The notes under the pieces: generated by a model
Database searches by the model: none
What the model was told of the DNA's origin: nothing
Seen by the model: only the letters and a program-made list of their open reading frames with translations
IMG/VR virus record: IMGVR_UViG_3300020204_000006
Source: a virus
Strand: one strand, 5' to 3'
DNA: 64,000 nt
Shown here: positions 63,701 through 64,000 of the stretch, piece after piece
How the letters are laid out: each line of letters starts with the position of its first letter
Position numbering within the stretch: the stretch's first letter is position 1
Made by a program: the position numbers and the translations under genes

Positions 63701-64000
63701 TTTCTGATATATTTGCTAGTGGAAGTTCAGGAATAAACTCTTCTTTATGTTGCCAGGATTTATCGTGTTCTATATTCTCCAGCTCAAGCAGCTCAAGCAG
63801 CTCAAGCAGTATTAGTAGTTCAAGTTCTAGCCAATCAAGTAGTTCAAGTCTTTCTAGTAGCAGCAGTAGTAGATCAAGTTCCAGTAGCAGTAGCTCCAGT
63901 AGTAGCAGTCAGTCCAGCAGTAGCAGTGATTCCAGCAGTAGTAGCGGTTCCAGCAGTAGCAGTCAGTCCAGCAGTAGCAGTGATTCCAGCAGTGCTAGCA
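60745..64000 (+). CDS. Giant Ser-rich, Cys-containing putative virion protein, truncated by window end (>1085 aa)
   Basis: ATG 60745, 11 nt after upstream stop, begins MKNPFDITQYSNN. Frame read open to base 64000; missing from the ORF track because it has no stop here. Confidence 0.8.
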   Translation, partial: MKNPFDITQYSNNLTIKSDINLSGIGVSGIGSIFSFLIREIKIRQESIRSGYISGIADETLRFVDVDKISWDTPDSISNSCNIIISSIKQFYKSGNGFWDKYATVYCDSGSYYSTGFFHKQNGSSCADSYVVDFVDMQLPPNVESSFLNIPTFSSDANLFVAHFGAWANSVILILNKLRYIHRKLVYEYFSVNCANEFSGCTLTPFYAEGANENGPIDIVIDVRDALVCYENDVSYGLLCIAWNSYISPSRMYVLKTKIDIPSSSSSSSGISVSSSSSSSIISSSSSSSSLSSSSSDDGLSSSSSSDSSSSSSDSSSSSSDSSSSSSEEDSSSSSGLEGPPGGVSLFIEDKRYLRFPLLGFVSTDTSGQPINCSIGNGTGYCDSSYYESVSSENSFSNNSGHPIFDVNGVSVSCSYDDIIADTTCIDTLNNNPPSPWRNGQGSSDYLCLKIDSTMFTTDTGSEWDYKIRVVIFNNCSGSGSSDSGWSLAINCLGCNCNSDFCGGEDDVQISSFSTGSSSSSSSSSSISTEIIVENVILLKSGSNENLTLSYPSRTNPATLTLIPRVGVFNDTPFKFIKLSNSQSSLYFEGEWGESENKPFEFILDLPVDSAPGQKFFCNYDYYANEDFGILWILMNTARISDRAFVIATGSSSIIENVRLKNQLWGYGNYANQESFRPQSPTTNPIYGYADTQNFAQQILPASAPQDFSYQFSFDLSSFTGNVSSNIFHPRLWNRSFHNPDTHQGEYYVGNRNILFDTGKQASGTLSARVFPIPVYRNQVERNSGGLLNKIRILLYPGISYVLQQNPPSPSASKFFISFGYCSANNLPSPSTNLVSYLSSIPEYKHIVSRAIALTEDCPGLCINNNFDLSSVSGASYLRSVFEGNPNVSLEAFGLCSYVPTFEEYPLNEVFVNTQSYLEFFDIFIRLLDSDPNLSLYISEVKNVFEPNDWLYLVPSYNYICGANSVCVRTLYFGKKMICYLKCKGFSDIFASGSSGINSSLCCQDLSCSIFSSSSSSSSSSSISSSSSSQSSSSSLSSSSSSRSSSSSSSSSSSSQSSSSSDSSSSSGSSSSSQSSSSSDSSSAS
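61648..61728 (+). repeat. Tandem 18/21-nt repeat TCTTCT(AGT)3-4GA(T/G) encoding S5-6-(D/E)
   Basis: Four units at 61648, 61666, 61687, 61708 inside a Ser tract spanning 61531-61749. Confidence 0.9.
63781..63999 (+). repeat. Poly-Ser tract with 9-nt and 18-nt tandem repeats
   Basis: (AGCTCAAGC)3 at 63781; 18-nt units [CAG/GAT/GGT]TCCAGCAGTAG(C/T)AG(T/C) at 63910-63999 with Q,D,G,Q,D order (last unit has one Ser-to-Ala change). Confidence 0.9.

Noticed and set aside
61648-63999. Tandem repeats as a CRISPR array or origin iterons
   Set aside because: Units are contiguous with no unique spacers, all lengths are multiples of 3, and they encode poly-Ser inside one ORF.

Overview
AT-rich, gene-dense segment with every credible gene on the + strand, best read as part of a large (jumbo) tailed-phage genome. 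No capsid, portal or terminase gene is recognisable in the window, so the phage assignment is an inference from gp32-like SSB, UvsW-like helicase, gp157-like protein, dNMP kinase, phage-type RuvC and giant tail-like proteins. Layout: (1) 1-7.4 kb glycosylation cluster (GT4/GT2 enzymes plus a HAD, nucleotidyltransferase, cupin and phosphodiesterase cassette). (2) 7.4-28.6 kb replication/recombination block: UvsW-like helicase, IF3, DnaC-like loader, DnaB, primase split into two distant genes, an intein-free split DnaE, SSB, RecA, Cas4-like nuclease, SpoVS, PcrA. (3) 28.5-34 kb nonulosonic acid cluster: two GT42/Maf-like transferases, NeuA, short NeuB, KdsC-like phosphatase (KDN/Neu5Ac-9-P type route) and a GT4-GT2 fusion. 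(4) 34-46.6 kb small accessory genes, two apparent pseudoenzymes, a GC-rich DUF3892-like gene with its own terminator, dNMP kinase, DnaX, SigH-like sigma, clamp-like protein, sugar epimerase, RuvC. (5) 46.6-64 kb three giant putative virion proteins (2051 aa, 2649 aa with RCC1-like repeats, >1085 aa running off the end) with poly-serine tracts. Strongest candidate system: phage-encoded sialic-acid-type glycosylation of Ser-rich virion proteins. Second: a Pol III-type replisome whose polymerase and primase are both split without inteins. All family calls come from motif recognition by eye; no database searches were run. No tRNA, rRNA or CRISPR array was seen.
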